The notes under the pieces: generated by a model
Databases searched by the model: none
Told to the model about the DNA's origin: nothing
The model's input: only the letters and a program-made list of their open reading frames with translations
Shown here: positions 1-12,720 of the stretch, piece by piece
Numbering within the stretch: the stretch's first letter is position 1
Layout of the letters: every line of letters starts with the position of its first letter
Position numbers and translations under genes: made by a program
Assembly (NCBI RefSeq): GCF_031769215.1
Contig: NW_026781863.1
Span: forward strand, 310,001-374,000
DNA from: Ylistrum balloti
Lineage: Eukaryota
Direction of reading: 5' to 3'
DNA: 64,000 bases

Positions 1-503
1 ATTATCATTTCATGGTAAATTTTCATTGACATTAATATTTTTTTATTGGTGTTTTATGTCCTTGCTGTTTAATGGTCGGAGGTTTGGTTGGTTGTGTTCA
101 TATAGTGCTGCCCATATCAGTCTTATTCTGGTGTACTGTTTTGTTTGAAATTGATGTCACAGCCCTAGACCTTCAAAACAAAAGTCAGTGGGCTGGGTCA
201 TCAGAGAACTGTTATCAGCTTACCTGTCCTTGCCACCTGGGGCTGGGCTGCTGGAGACCTGTAATTTAGCTAAGATGTTCACAGAATCTCATTCTAACAT
301 AATTCAATGTGTGTTTCACGTGCCAGTTTTCAGGTACATTATTACATTGTATTAGTTTGTTACCTTCAATTTAAGTGCCTACTTACTTCATAAAATGAAA
401 CCATGCAGACTTGTGTTATAATCAAGATGATGTATTTTAAACATAAATGCCTCCCGAATCTGTCCTTGTAAAGTCTTCACACAGATCACATTCTTTATTT
501 TAG

Positions 504-3500
504 ATGCCCCTGACGAGCAGCTACAGTGGTTACAGAGTGAAGCTCTATGATATGGTTCCAGTTAATACTATACCAGGTAATTCATGTCATTCAAATCCAT
601 TGTATATACTGGCCCTGTACATGTGATGTAGTGTTAATCTGTTTACAGGACTCAAGTCCCTGTATATGTGATGTTGTGTTTATCTGTTTACAGGACTCAA
701 CTCCCTGTATATGTGATGTTGTGTTTATCTATTTACAGGACTCCACTCCCTGTCTATGTGATGTTGTGTTTATCTGTTTACAGGACTCAACTCCCTGTAT
801 ATGTGATGTTGTGTTTATCTATTTACAGGACTCAAGTCCCTGTATATGTGATGTTGTGTTTCTCTATTTACAGGACTCCAGTCCCTGTATATATGATGTT
901 GTGTTGATCTATTTACAGGACTCAAGTCCCTGTATATGTGATGTTGTGTTTATCTGTTTACAGGACTCAAGTCCCTGTATATGTGATGTTGTGTTTATCT
1001 ATTTACAGGACTCAAGTCCCGGTCTATGTGATATTGTGTTTATCTGTTTACAGGACTCCAGTCCCTGTATATATGATGTTGTGTTGATCTATTTACAGGA
1101 CTCAACTCCCTGTATATGTGATGTTGTGTTTATCTATTTACGGGACTCAAGTCCCTCTACATGTGATGTTGTGTTTATCTGTTTACAGGACTCCAGTCCC
1201 TGTATATATGATGTTGTGTTGATCTATTTACAGGACTCAAGTCCCTGTATATGTGATGTTGTGTTGATCTATTTACAGGACTCAACTCCCTGTATATGTG
1301 ATGTTGTGTTTATCTATTTACGGGACTCAAGTCCCTCTACATGTGATGTTGTGTTTATCTGTTTACAGGACTCCAGTCCCTGTATATATGATGTTGTGTT
1401 GATCTATTTACAGGACTCAAGTCCCTGTATATGTGATGTTGTGTTTATCTATTTACAGGACTCAACTCCCTGTATATGTGATGTTGTGTTTATCTGTTTA
1501 CAGAACTCAACTCCCTGTATATGTGATGTTGTGTTTATCTGTTTACAGGACTCAAGTCCCTGTCTATGTGATGTTGTGTTTATCTGTTTACAGAACTCAA
1601 GTCCCTGTCTATGTGATGTTGTGTTTAGCTGTTTACAGAACTCAAGTCCCTGTCTATGTGATGTTGTGTTGATCTATTTACAGGACTCAAGTCCCTGTAT
1701 ATGTGATGTTGTGTTTATCTATTTACAGGGTTTAGGTCCTTGTACATTTATTGATCAATGTGATGTTGACAGTGAACTTGAACCGATATCCGATCTTTTG
1801 ATTTGATTTATGATAAAAAGTTACATCAATGATTCCATTATCCTCTGCTGCACACTTCACACTATATTTACAGATGAAGTGATCGAACCCCTGGTCCGGA
1901 GGCTGTACAATGTCTCCAGCTCTGCAGCAATACCCCCAGGGCGGACGTATCACCTGAAACAACAGCATTGTATACTTATCAAATGCAAGGTATTCCACAG
2001 AGTGATTCATTATTCAACAGTTAGATGAAGTCTATGATAAAATATTGATGGTTTCTTTTCAAACTTATAGACCAGGCCCCACTTGTATAAAACATCTCAA
2101 CTTGAGATTTCCTCAAGTCGAGATTTTCCTCAGCTGATATCTCCTCGATAACGGCTTGTATAAAATTTCTCAAGGAACAGGAGGAAGTCATCGGCTAGGA
2201 TGTCCTGAAATTCCTTGAGGAATTTTCATACAAGATATTTTCAAGGATATATCAGCTGAAGAAAATCTCGACTTGAGGAAATCTCAAGTTGAGATGTTTT
2301 ATACAAGTGGGGCCTGGTAAAGTAGGTAGGACACAAAAAGTTCATTTTTATTTTGGGAATAATTTGCTCATATCTACATAATATTTACATAACCATTGAT
2401 TAAAGTTTACAGTATGATGATTATCAACACAAAATTTTGTGGAATTGTTAAACCAAAACTAAAAAGAGATGATGCTTACTTTACAGAATGATGTATTTAA
2501 AATGTTAGAAGAATTTGTTATGATACAATCATTGAGAAATTGAGAAGATTTGAATTTGTGGCAATATGATGACTGGGAAAGTGAGAAGATTAGAATTTGT
2601 GGCAATATGATGACTGGGAGAGTGAGAAGGTTTGAATTTGTGGTGATATGATGACTGGGAGAGTGAGAAGGTTTGAATTTGTGGTGATATGATGACTGGG
2701 AGAGAGAGGTTTGAATTTGTGGCGATACGATGACTGGGAGAGAGAGAAGATTTGAGTTTGTGGTGATATGATGACTGGGAGAGAGAGAAGATTTGAATTT
2801 GTGGTGATATGATGACTGGGAGAGTGAGAAGGTTTGAATTTGTGGTGATATGATGACTGGGAGAGTGAGAAGGTTTGAATTTGTGGTGATATGATGACTG
2901 GGAGAGTGAGAAGGTTTGAATTTGTGGTGATATGATGACTGGGAGAGAGAGAAGATTTGAATTTGTGGTGATATGATGACTGGGAGAGTGAGAAGGTTTG
3001 AATTTGTGGTGATATGATGACTGGGAGAGTGAGAAGGTTTGAATTTGTGGTGATATGATGACTGGGAGAGTGAGAAGGTTTGAATTTGTGGTGATATGAT
3101 GACTGGGAGAGTGAGAAGGTTTGAATTTGTGGTGATATGATGACTGGGAGAGTGAGAAGGTTTGAATTTGTGGTGATATGATGACTGGGAGAGTGAGAAG
3201 GTTTGAATTTGTGGTGATATGATGACTGGGAGAGTGAGAAGGTTTGAATTTGTGGCGATACGATGACTGGGAGAGTGAGAAGGTTTGAATTTGTGGTGAT
3301 ACGATGACTGGGAGAGTGAGAAGGTTTGAATTTGTGGCGATACGATGACTGGGAGAGAGAGAAGATTTGAGTTTGTGGTGATATGATGACTGGGAGAGTG
3401 AGAAGGTTTGAATTTGTGGCGATACGATGACTGGGAGAGAGAGAAGATTTGAGTTTGTGGTGATATGATGACTGGGAGAGTGAGAAGGTTTGAATTTGTG

Positions 3501-3980
3501 GTGGTTTGAATTTGTGGTGATACGATGACTGGGAGAGAGAGAAGGTTTGAATTTGTGGTGATACGATGACTGGGAGAGAGAGAAGATTTGAATTTGTGGT
3601 GATACGATGACTGGGAGAGTGAGAAGGTTTGAATTTGTGGTGATATTGATAACTGGGAAAGTTAGAAGGTTTGCGTTTGTGGTGATACAATAATTTGGGA
3701 AATTAGTAGCCTTGAAAGGAAGATGTTTAGGAAGTTGGTTTAGGGTAACCTTCTCATATCTGCATCTTATGTATAATTTGTTGCTGATGAATGTTCTCTT
3801 TGTCTTTAGGATGGATGGGTTGGATTCCACAGACTGTTTGTGAACACAATGTTAACAGCTGCAGCATTCTACAATGGATACTTGTCCAGACCAGGAAGTG
3901 TAAACAACTATTTTGAAAGTCACTCAAGTACATTGAAAATAGATACAGATAACAGTGTTCCAACAGCTGTCCATAATTAG
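504..3980 (+). CDS. 3' exons of an unidentified multi-exon protein-coding gene (exons 504-576, 1874-1989, 3810-3980; probable further exon near 163-260)
   Basis: AG/GT-bounded segments join in frame with phases 1 then 0: MPLTSSYSGYRVKLYDMVPVNTIP-DEVIEPLVRRLYNVSSSAAIPPGRTYHLKQQHCILIKCK-DGWVGFHRLFVNTMLTAAAFYNGYLSRPGS...TAVHN*. Product not recognised; the upstream exon frame is uncertain. Confidence 0.7.
620..1729. repeat. 45-bp intronic minisatellite, about 24-25 copies
   Basis: Unit atgtgatgttgtgtttatctatttacaggactcaagtccctgtat; gives the 15-aa periodicity of ORF 547..1806. Confidence 0.97.
2071..2318. mobile_element. Foldback MITE (non-autonomous DNA transposon), about 250 bp
   Basis: About 70-bp terminal inverted repeats (accaggccccacttgtataaaacatctcaacttgag... 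/ ...ctcaagttgagatgttttatacaagtggggcctggt) plus an inner inverted pair (~2156-2179 vs ~2210-2233); no ORF. PIF/Harbinger-like termini is inference only. Confidence 0.85.
2545..3700. repeat. 41-bp intronic minisatellite, about 27 copies
   Basis: Unit gaatttgtggtgatatgatgactgggagagtgagaaggttt; the 41-aa periodicity of the minus-strand ORFs is three units read through three frames. Confidence 0.97.
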
Positions 3981-5008
3981 TGTCAAAATCTTCTCCTAGA
4001 ATTTAGAAAGCTATGAGATTTCGAATAAAAGTCGAATTATATCATGGGAGATCAGTAATTCAATTCTAACTTCAAGTTATAAAATGACATTTGATTGGTA
4101 AATGTGTGTAACTTGTGACAGTGTAACCATGATATGGAGCTGAAAATTTCTCATGCATATCTTGTCCAGATGTCATTTTTGTAAATGATGTCACTGACAG
4201 TAATTTTATCTGAAACGTCATAAGATGATATCAGAAACAGTAGTGTTACCCTGAAAATTCGCCTGATCTTTAATTTTACTGTTGTCATGAATCTTGAGCA
4301 AATAAACTTTTTTGAAAAAATGTGCACAAGAATGGCACTGAATTGTCATGTTTTTGCTTGTTTAAATCTGTATGAATTAGTAAAGGAGTATACTGCGGTG
4401 TTTTGGAATTTGGTGAGTGTATTATGATGAAACGGTCACAACTAAGTGTTTTATAGTCACTGATATCGGTCACTAGGTTAACTCAATTAGCAACAGTATT
4501 TATAATCATAATATACTGCCCCAGATGTTAAAAAATAATCCCCTTAACAGTCATTAGTTACATAGAGGAATATTAAAGCATTTTCCTCTCTTTTCAGATG
4601 GAATGAAATTGCAAAAAAATTACAAAATGTACATTAAAAATTAAATTGATAAAGTCTGCAATATGCTTTTAATGAAAAAAAGCTTTTTTGCTTCAAGGTT
4701 TTGATATGACGGTGAAAAATCAAACTATTAAAAAAAATAACCTTAATTGGAGAATGTTTCATATATGTATATATGTACATCGTCAACTTTCCTGAAAACG
4801 GTTTTGGTGTTATAAGATGATTTTATAAAACTGTTGTTGTTTGGTAATTTTCTTTGTTGTTGTAATCAGTGTTTGGCTATAGAGACCATCATTATGGCAG
4901 AGACATTTTGGTTACTAAGTCGGATATTAATGTAGTTGCAAAAATTTTGATTTTGTGAAAAAATAAAAGAAGTGTTAATATCATCTGTAATATAATGAAA
5001 TGTAACCT

Positions 5009-5288
5009 AAGACTGTCATCATATTCACGATGAGACTGTCATCATATTCACGATGAGACTGCCATCATATTCACGATGAGACTGTCATATTCACGATGAG
5101 GCTGTCATATTCACGATGAGACTGTCATCATATTCACGATGAGACTGTCATATTCACGATGAGACTGTCATCATATTCACGATAAGACTGTCATCATATT
5201 CACGATGAGACTGTCATATTCACGATGAGACTGCCATCGTATTCACGATGAGACTGCCATCGTATTCACGATGAGACTGTCATCATAT
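5009..5288. repeat. 23/20-bp minisatellite, about 12 copies
   Basis: Unit gactgtcatcatattcacgatga, with variants lacking one cat. Confidence 0.95.
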
Positions 5289-5412
5289 TTGTTAGATTGT
5301 TACTTTAACTAGCTGATTCTCTAATCATCCAAGGATATTTCAACAATAACAATTGTTGGAAGGTATTAGATAGTATGTGATGCAGATTACTTGTTAGATA
5401 ATGATAATTGTT

Positions 5413-5605
5413 GGATGGTTGGAAGGCACAGTAATGCACTCGTCTTTCACCTAGCCATCCAGGGTTCGATTCGCGGAATGGATGAGAAAAGGTATACAGA
5501 TACCTGCCTGACCATATTGATTTTCCCCAGGTACTCTGGTTTCCTCCCTTTGTAAGACCCCATGTGTGCCTCCATTCAGGCCAATAAAGGTTTATTTATA
5601 TTTAT
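5413..5605 (+). mobile_element. tRNA-derived SINE (degenerate)
   Basis: tRNA-like head with B box gggttcgattc; central ttttccccaggtactctggtttcctccc resembles the conserved V/Meta-type SINE domain; ends aataaaggtttatttatatttat. Confidence 0.7.
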
Positions 5606-7548
5606 CAAATGGTACAGAACACTTGCGTATAGAAGTGTAAATTATCATCATGATACATAGAGGTGTTGGACTGTTAAGTCATTGGGAGTAAATATAAGCA
5701 ATGGTATGGACCATCACCAGGTCACGAAATTCTGATTCTATGAACTTTGATTCTTTGTTAAAATTAAAAACATGGGAAATTAAGATCTGCGCAAATAACA
5801 GGCAATGCATTGTTATGTTAACTTCATACTCATGATAATCCATTATAGTAAAAAAAGTAATGTTCATAGACATGAATATACTATATGTACATGATACATG
5901 TAAGGGAATTTCATTCACATAAAATGTGTTAAAGTTTAGATGTTTTTAAAAAAAAGATATTTATACATTAAATTAAAAAAAAGAATACGGTAAATGTTTT
6001 ATGACATTTCTTTATGACTACAAATGCTATTTGATATGGAAACAAACTGAGAATATTGTTGGTTGTTTAGTGTGCTGGATTTATCTTTCTGTGAACAATT
6101 AAGTTCATATTAAGGTGGGGTTTCCTTGTAGTAACTGGTGAATACTGCACTGATAGCATACAGAGGGTTTATAGCATACTTACTACTCAGAGTAATTATA
6201 GTGTCTGGCTTATAGACACAACCATGCCAGCACAGACTGGTCGGTCAAACCATGCTTCTTGAGTCTTCGCCTAAGGTTATCTAGGGCACGGTTGTAGAAG
6301 ACTGAGCTATCATGGCCTTCTGAAATAAGACTGGCATTGACACTTACTTTAGTTATGGAGGTGAGATCTAAACAAAATTTGGTATTTGGATATTCAGATT
6401 TCAGATGAGTTTGGTCAGCATCTGTCAATATTGTGGACTCTTAAACCCTTCAAAACATAATTTCTTTGTTTCTGTCAAATACCGAAACTTTAACATATAT
6501 CATCAGGAAAATGCTTACAGATTTTGACTAACATCAAACTCATCTGAGATCTTAATGATGTAAAGCAATATACCAAATTTGGTTAAATTCTCACCTGCAT
6601 AACTAATGTAAGTAATTAAGTAATGAATTTCTGTAGTTTTGTCGCATATACTACAAAATACCAATAATTTCCATACAATTTAAGATTATTGCTCAACAAT
6701 TCCAACCTTATTAAAGTTATATATACTTCTGGATGTGAAGTATTGACTTTATATTAACTGACTGAAAAGATCTTGACAGTTTTCATAATTTTCCATTGTC
6801 TTGTGACTTTGAGGATTGTGTAGATGTTAATTACAGGTGTGATAAACTTTAATTGAATGATAAACTCTATAAAAATACAGTTTATTGTTCTCTTTGTGAT
6901 GCCTTTTAGAAGGTTTAACGATTATTAGTGTAGAGGTGGGAGAAAATGAGTAATTTATTTTGTTAATATATAGTTTATTAAGATGTAAACCTGGTACTGA
7001 CCCAAACTCTATATCATAGATATAAAAATTGACACCATATTATTAACTACCTGTGGTAAAGCTTTATACATTTTGCTCTGTATGTTTCATGTAATATACC
7101 GGTACACAATTTTAGAATGAAGATACCCAGTAAAAATAATCAAATGCATTCTTGGTCTCCATCGGCTGTCACATCTATACCATCCATTGACAAGAGTGAA
7201 ATGAAGGGAAGTAACTCTGGGAGATAAGCATAAATAAACGTGAATGTTGAAATTGAATTATCTTTTGTATCTAATTAAAAATCTTATTAGAAAGGTGCCA
7301 GCCAGTTGTGATTGTTTATTGTTCAATCTTTTAATTGATATATATGTACATCAGGACATCCACTCATTGGGAAAATAATGCCACCCTAAGTTTGTTAATG
7401 ACTTCAATGACTTCTTCAATATAACCCAACCCCCCCTGTGTCTGTTAGAAACATCTTCTTTTACTTGATCAGTCATAGAAGGACAAACTGTGACAACAGT
7501 TTAAAAAACAGTTTTCTTTCAGTTTCAAGGATTCAAAATAGTCATGGC

Positions 7549-7950
7549 TTTTTATGCTCCCCGAAGGGAAGGGAGAGCATATAATTGCCGCTTTGTCTGT
7601 CTGTCCGTCTGTCGTAGTTTTGTTCGCAGCATAACACAAAAACTGTAAGAGGTATCAACATAAAACTTCATCGGTACAATTGTAGATAAACCTCAACAAG
7701 GAGAAATGTAGTGCACTAGTACCGTCACTCTCTTTTGCATAATTTAGGAGTTATTGCCCTTTGTTATTTTTTTCATTTTTAGATCTTGTCCGGAGTATTA
7801 CGCTGAAACTATAAGAGTTATCAACATCAAACTTCATAGGTAGATAGATATCAAACAGAAGGAGGGCAGTGCACAGGAATTATAACTCTCTTATTGCCCT
7901 TTGTTATTTTTCGCACTTAAATTGTGTTCTTTTTATGGAGCATAATCCGT
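7549..7950 (+). mobile_element. Non-autonomous Helentron-associated element (HINE/DINE-1/pearl-like)
   Basis: T-run, then subterminal inverted pair atgctcccc...gggagagcat, then a (GTCY)n microsatellite, then two diverged ~150-bp core repeats each ending ttattgccctttgttatttt. Confidence 0.75.
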
Positions 7951-10174
7951 CTTTGATGGCACTTGTTCTGTCTTTTGCGCAATCCATTCTAAAACTTGTC
8001 CAAAGGGAAAGAGAGCTGATGTTGTACTTGTGGTGTCAGTCCTACATCATATCCAACATCTGAATAACTGACAGGTCCATGGATATCATATGTGTACAAC
8101 ATACTGGAATTATGGTTCATATGAAGAAGATGTCCATGTATGATTTGACTTTTATATAGAATGTTATACTCTCCATAAACTAGCACGGCACCCCGCCTGG
8201 TGATGTGGTTCTGATGTCCTTGTGTATCCAGATAAATGCTGATGTCGTGCTGGGCGTATCATATAGTGACTTTGGTATTATGACCTGAGGAGCTACTCAA
8301 CATCAAAATTAAAAAATAACTTTCAGATCTCGTAGTGATATTGCGGTTTCATCCGGCAAATGTTTTCCTAATATCTATAAAGCAAATGTCTGTCGAGCGA
8401 AGCTGATATACTTAAATGAAGAAACGCCCAAGTTATCCTTTTTATATTTTTTCTGAATTGAATATGAAACTTGTGTTTGCAGAAATTGATTGTGCTATAA
8501 GAAGCCTTAAGTTAAAGCATCCGCGATTGACGGCATTCAAAGTGAACATCTGTAATACAGGGGCCGGCCTTTTAATATTATGTACACAGAAACTCACCAA
8601 ATGCCTTCCAGCTTAGACATGTAACTGCTGTATGGAAAAGATGCATTATCCTTATCAAAGGTGGTAATTAACCCGTTTGTGTCCCTGCTAGTTACATACC
8701 GATGTTCCTTTATGTTGTACATACAAACGTTTTGTAAAAGTCATGAGTATTGAATACGTGATAAGCTTTAAACTTCTGTAATACCGTTTTTAAATGTCCA
8801 GCAGAACGGTTTCTTTAAAATGTTGCATGGCCACACTCCCTCCCCAGGAGACTGTTTATCACTATCTCGAGTTAATCACTTGTTTGAGTTAATCTGTAAA
8901 GTATACATAGACTTTCTGGACATTTTGACACTCGGCGTTTGACACTGTCATACAGGGTTCATGAGTAAACTGTGATTTTGGCGTCAAAGATCACGTTTAA
9001 CACCACCTATGACACACACACAGATATAACGTGTGTCGTGACGTGGCACGGAATAACGTCACCGTGCTTTCCGGTGTGTTATCTATATTTCTTTACCAGG
9101 TGTTTATCGACAATCTTCTTCACCTCTTAAAAATAGCAATTACGGCGCGTAAATCGGGACAGAAATCCTACTCTAGCGGACGATATCACCGTTGTAGTGA
9201 AAAATGCAAACGTGAATTCAATAACTCTTAATAGAACATAGTCATGGTCAGGAATTATATTCCGACCCAGCCTGTGTATTGTCAAGGCTAGTCTCTACAA
9301 GAAGATGATTTTACCATCAATATTTTACGGGTTTTAATATTAATCAGTTTCCATCATTACGCCGCCAAATTGATGTGATAGGTTAGATATTGCTGAGGCC
9401 ATTTTTCTCCTTATCTCCACGCAAATCGACAAGACAAAATTACTTTATCTGCAAAAGTTTTATTGGATCAAACCATTTTAGTAAAACAGATTTACAATTT
9501 CTGAAAGTTCAAACTGGATTTTCCCCGAGGGTAACTTTCCCGATATTGTTAAAGTGCTCCAGAAATAGAACTGGATGTCTTACTTGAATTCGTATACATG
9601 GAATTGCCATCCAAGTGTCAATGGGAATTCATCGTGAAATCTGCTATAAGGTCCTTCGGAAAGTCAGCTTAAAAAGGCCGAATGGCTGATGGTCACGTTT
9701 TTGACATTTTCGGTAAGTATCAATCCTCTTACAAACCATATACATAACGTGACTCGTGGTAGAATCGGTCGCGGACGTTAAGTTAATTTTATTGTGTACA
9801 CTACTGACAATACCAGCATCTCCTGTCCACACCACGTGTCTTCTTTGCTCTCAGCCTTCGTTGACGCTGTTCGTTATTATTGCTCCACTTTCGAGTATAC
9901 AGACGACCACGTACAAATGTTTTGTGGGATCTCCTTTCCGAGTTTCCGAGTTTGCCCGGATGTGTTCACTGCGATTGGATTTGTAGACAATACCTTATTT
10001 GTTCACACCTTATTAAGTGCGAAGATAGACATTCATGTATGCTTCGCTTCGTGGTGCGCGCTTCGCGTTTCATTTTTTATTGACATCTCAATATGAGGCA
10101 AGTGATAGTTTACACGTGTACGTACATTATCTATATTCACGCTTCATTAACTATCTCTTAATCTCATTCATTTT

Positions 10175-10316
10175 NNNNNNNNNNNNNNNNNNNNNNNNNN
10201 NNNNNNNNNNNNNNNNNNNNNNNNNNNNNNNNNNNNNNNNNNNNNNNNNNNNNNNNNNNNNNNNNNNNNNNNNNNNNNNNNNNNNNNNNNNNNNNNNNNN
10301 NNNNNNNNNNNNNNNN
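10175..10316. other. Assembly gap (142 N)
   Basis: Run of N; abuts the 3' end of the LINE at 10317. Confidence 1.
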
Positions 10317-11373
10317 TCTTTATAGCGCACTATCTATTTTGAAAAAAATATTCTAATGCGCTTCACAATTACATAATAATCTTACTACAAAATTTATAGA
10401 ACATGTATAACACAGTAATCAACATATGTAACACAGTAACCAAATCAAGTAAGTAGTGGTGAAAGTATGTATATACAGGACGTCTGCGTGAGAGTCTAAA
10501 ATGCAGACGTAAACAGGTGGGTTTTAATATCCCTCTTGAATTTGGCCAGGGATTTTGACTTTCTAGTAGCAGATGGTAAGCTGTTCCACAAAGTGACCGC
10601 TACCTTTCCAAAGCACCGGTTACCATAAGTCACAGTCCGAGAGTTCGGAACGCACAGTAAGGATTCTGTCTCCGATCGTAGTGATCGTGACGGCCGATAA
10701 ACGGTGACAAGTTCCTGCAAATATTCAGGAGGTGTTCCATTTATTGCCTTGTATGTATACATCAAAATCTTGTACTGTGACCGGAATCGCACGGGCAGCT
10801 AATGCAATAAGTAAAGGACTGGTGTAATGTGGTCCCTCTTTCGAGTACGGGTAACCAGGCGTGCTGCGGTGTTCTGTACCCTCTGCAGGCGGCTCATTAG
10901 TGTATCAGATACACCAACGAGCAACGCGTTACAGAATGTACCAGTGTCTTGCATGCATCTGTGGTGATGAACTGACGGATACCCCCAATGTTTCTGATTT
11001 GGTGATAACAGGAACTGGCAATTGAGTTTATATGTTTCTCCATGTTCAGAGAGCTATCAAAGTGTACACCAAGGTTTCTCACAGCTTGGACGGCCTCAAT
11101 AGTTTGGGCACCGACCTTTAACTGGAGATCTTTAGTGTGTTGACACTTGTGGGAAAAGACGATCAGTTCTGTCTTTTCCTGATTGAGCTTGAGCATATTT
11201 GAGTTCATCCAAGCACTGATGTCATTTAGACAGGCTTCAAGACTTGCTACTATTATGTCCCAGTTGTCTTGAGGTCTGATAACCATGTAGATTTGTGTGT
11301 CGTCGGCATAACAATGGTACTGAACGTTATGACCACGACAAATCTCTCCGATTGGTTTCGAATAAAGACAGTA
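10317..11373 (-). mobile_element. 5'-truncated L2/CR1-group non-LTR retrotransposon (RT C-terminus and 3' UTR), disabled
   Basis: [18 protein letters not shown] and LGVHFDSSL motifs; near-identical to 28213-29293; 25-bp deletion near 10935 and a TAG in LH*LP. Confidence 0.93.
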
Positions 11374-11989
11374 GTTATGATAAGTAGTTAAATTAATACT
11401 TTAGCTAGTTGAGAGTATTTGTTGCCATGCAGAACGTCGAATTTCCTTTCCAAACGTATGCTATATATGGTAAGTCATACTATAGTTGTGAGTGAAAGTA
11501 ATAAGCTGGCCCTGGTTACTCAAAGGTTAGTTAGAATTAAATAGTGCTTAGTGAAAAAAAATCAATTGTTGCAACAGAAAATACTAGGAATTCTAAGAAA
11601 ATCATCGGAAAACACACTCAAAATATATGAAACTGACCTGTTTCAGCTAATCGACAGCTGTGAAATGATAAAGAATGTTTCCAAACTCGTTAAATTTGTG
11701 AAAGAAAAAATTGCAAACCGTTCATAATATGTAACCAGTCTTTGAAACAACCGGGCGTGACAGCTATTGGTAAAGTGGCTCTTGTTTAATGTTGAAGGTG
11801 ATGTATATTAACCAAGCTATATAAACGGACATGTACACTACACCAGCCGTTCACATTTTATAAAGTCGCTCTATATATAGAATATTCTCTTTGTGAATTA
11901 TCACAATAGTCTATAAGACTTACAGGAATTACATAATATGATAATGCAGGTATGTTGTTAAAACTCCACTCAACCATATAGACTTCCAT

Positions 11990-12140
11990 TGAATGGTGGG
12001 CGGAGAGGGACAGATACCAAGCTTCGTATTCTAACTGCTTCGATATATTGACTGCATCGCGAGAAAATAATTAAGAAAGCGAAAACGATGAAGTGAGACT
12101 GATTCTCGCCGCCATGTTGTTGCTTTGTCACGTGGTCGAC
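11990..12140. promoter_or_regulatory. Possible promoter motif cluster upstream of the TRIM-like gene
   Basis: GC box gggcgg (~11998), YY1-like gccgccatgttg (~12108) and E-box cacgtg (~12129) in locally CpG-richer DNA; motif matches only. Confidence 0.3.
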
Positions 12141-12720
12141 TTCAGGTCGAGGGAGCGAGAAGGCGAGATTTTACTATTTGGTCCTAACCGGCTGCCATAC
12201 TTGAACTAAAACACTTACATGTAGTTGTGGGCAGCAATATTATATATTGCTTTAGTCTTTCAATAGACGTGTATACACGGGTAGTACTGCTCCTTCCGTC
12301 CTAGATCTGATCTAGTATATCACAGATATAGCATGATACGGAAACCATTTTAACAAATATTCTTCTGTTTCTGTTCCTGCTCCTACGAAGTGGTTGTCAT
12401 GGTAAAAGTAAATGTTTACGTACCAAACAGAAAGGATCTGTGCCTATGATTACAAACGCCTCTGTATGATCATAACATTGGGACACCGATATGTCTTCAT
12501 TAGATATGCAAACCAATCTAAAGGAACATCGACAAGTGATTATATTATTCTTTTAATACTGAACATAAACTTACCTGAAAGTATCAGATGTCGTTAGGTT
12601 GCCAAACCAGCAGATAGGAGCAAGACGTAGGCCTAGTAAAAGTCACTAAGACCTTAAAGATTGAAATACCAGCAGGATTTGAAGTTCAATTCGACAAAAC
12701 ATTTTAAGAGGCAGAAAAAC

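Noticed and set aside
547-1806. 419-aa Cys-rich repeat ORF
   Set aside because: By-product of a stop-free frame in a 45-bp intronic minisatellite; out of frame with the flanking real exons
2529-3830. 433-aa and 366-aa Ser/His-rich minus-strand ORFs
   Set aside because: Translation cycles through all frames of a 41-bp repeat, antisense to an intron
5413-5480. tRNA gene
   Set aside because: B box present but no complete cloverleaf, and it runs into a SINE body and tail
6210-6428. 72-aa minus-strand ORF as an exon or HPS4-like C-terminus
   Set aside because: Resemblance limited to a KKHG stretch; no convincing acceptor or linked exons
7960-8300. Possible methyltransferase-like motif (DVVLVVSVLHHI) on + or a ~90-codon open frame on -
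   Set aside because: Stop follows the motif on +; no supportable splice structure or recognisable family on -
10035-10325. 96-aa ORF
   Set aside because: Half of it is the N gap
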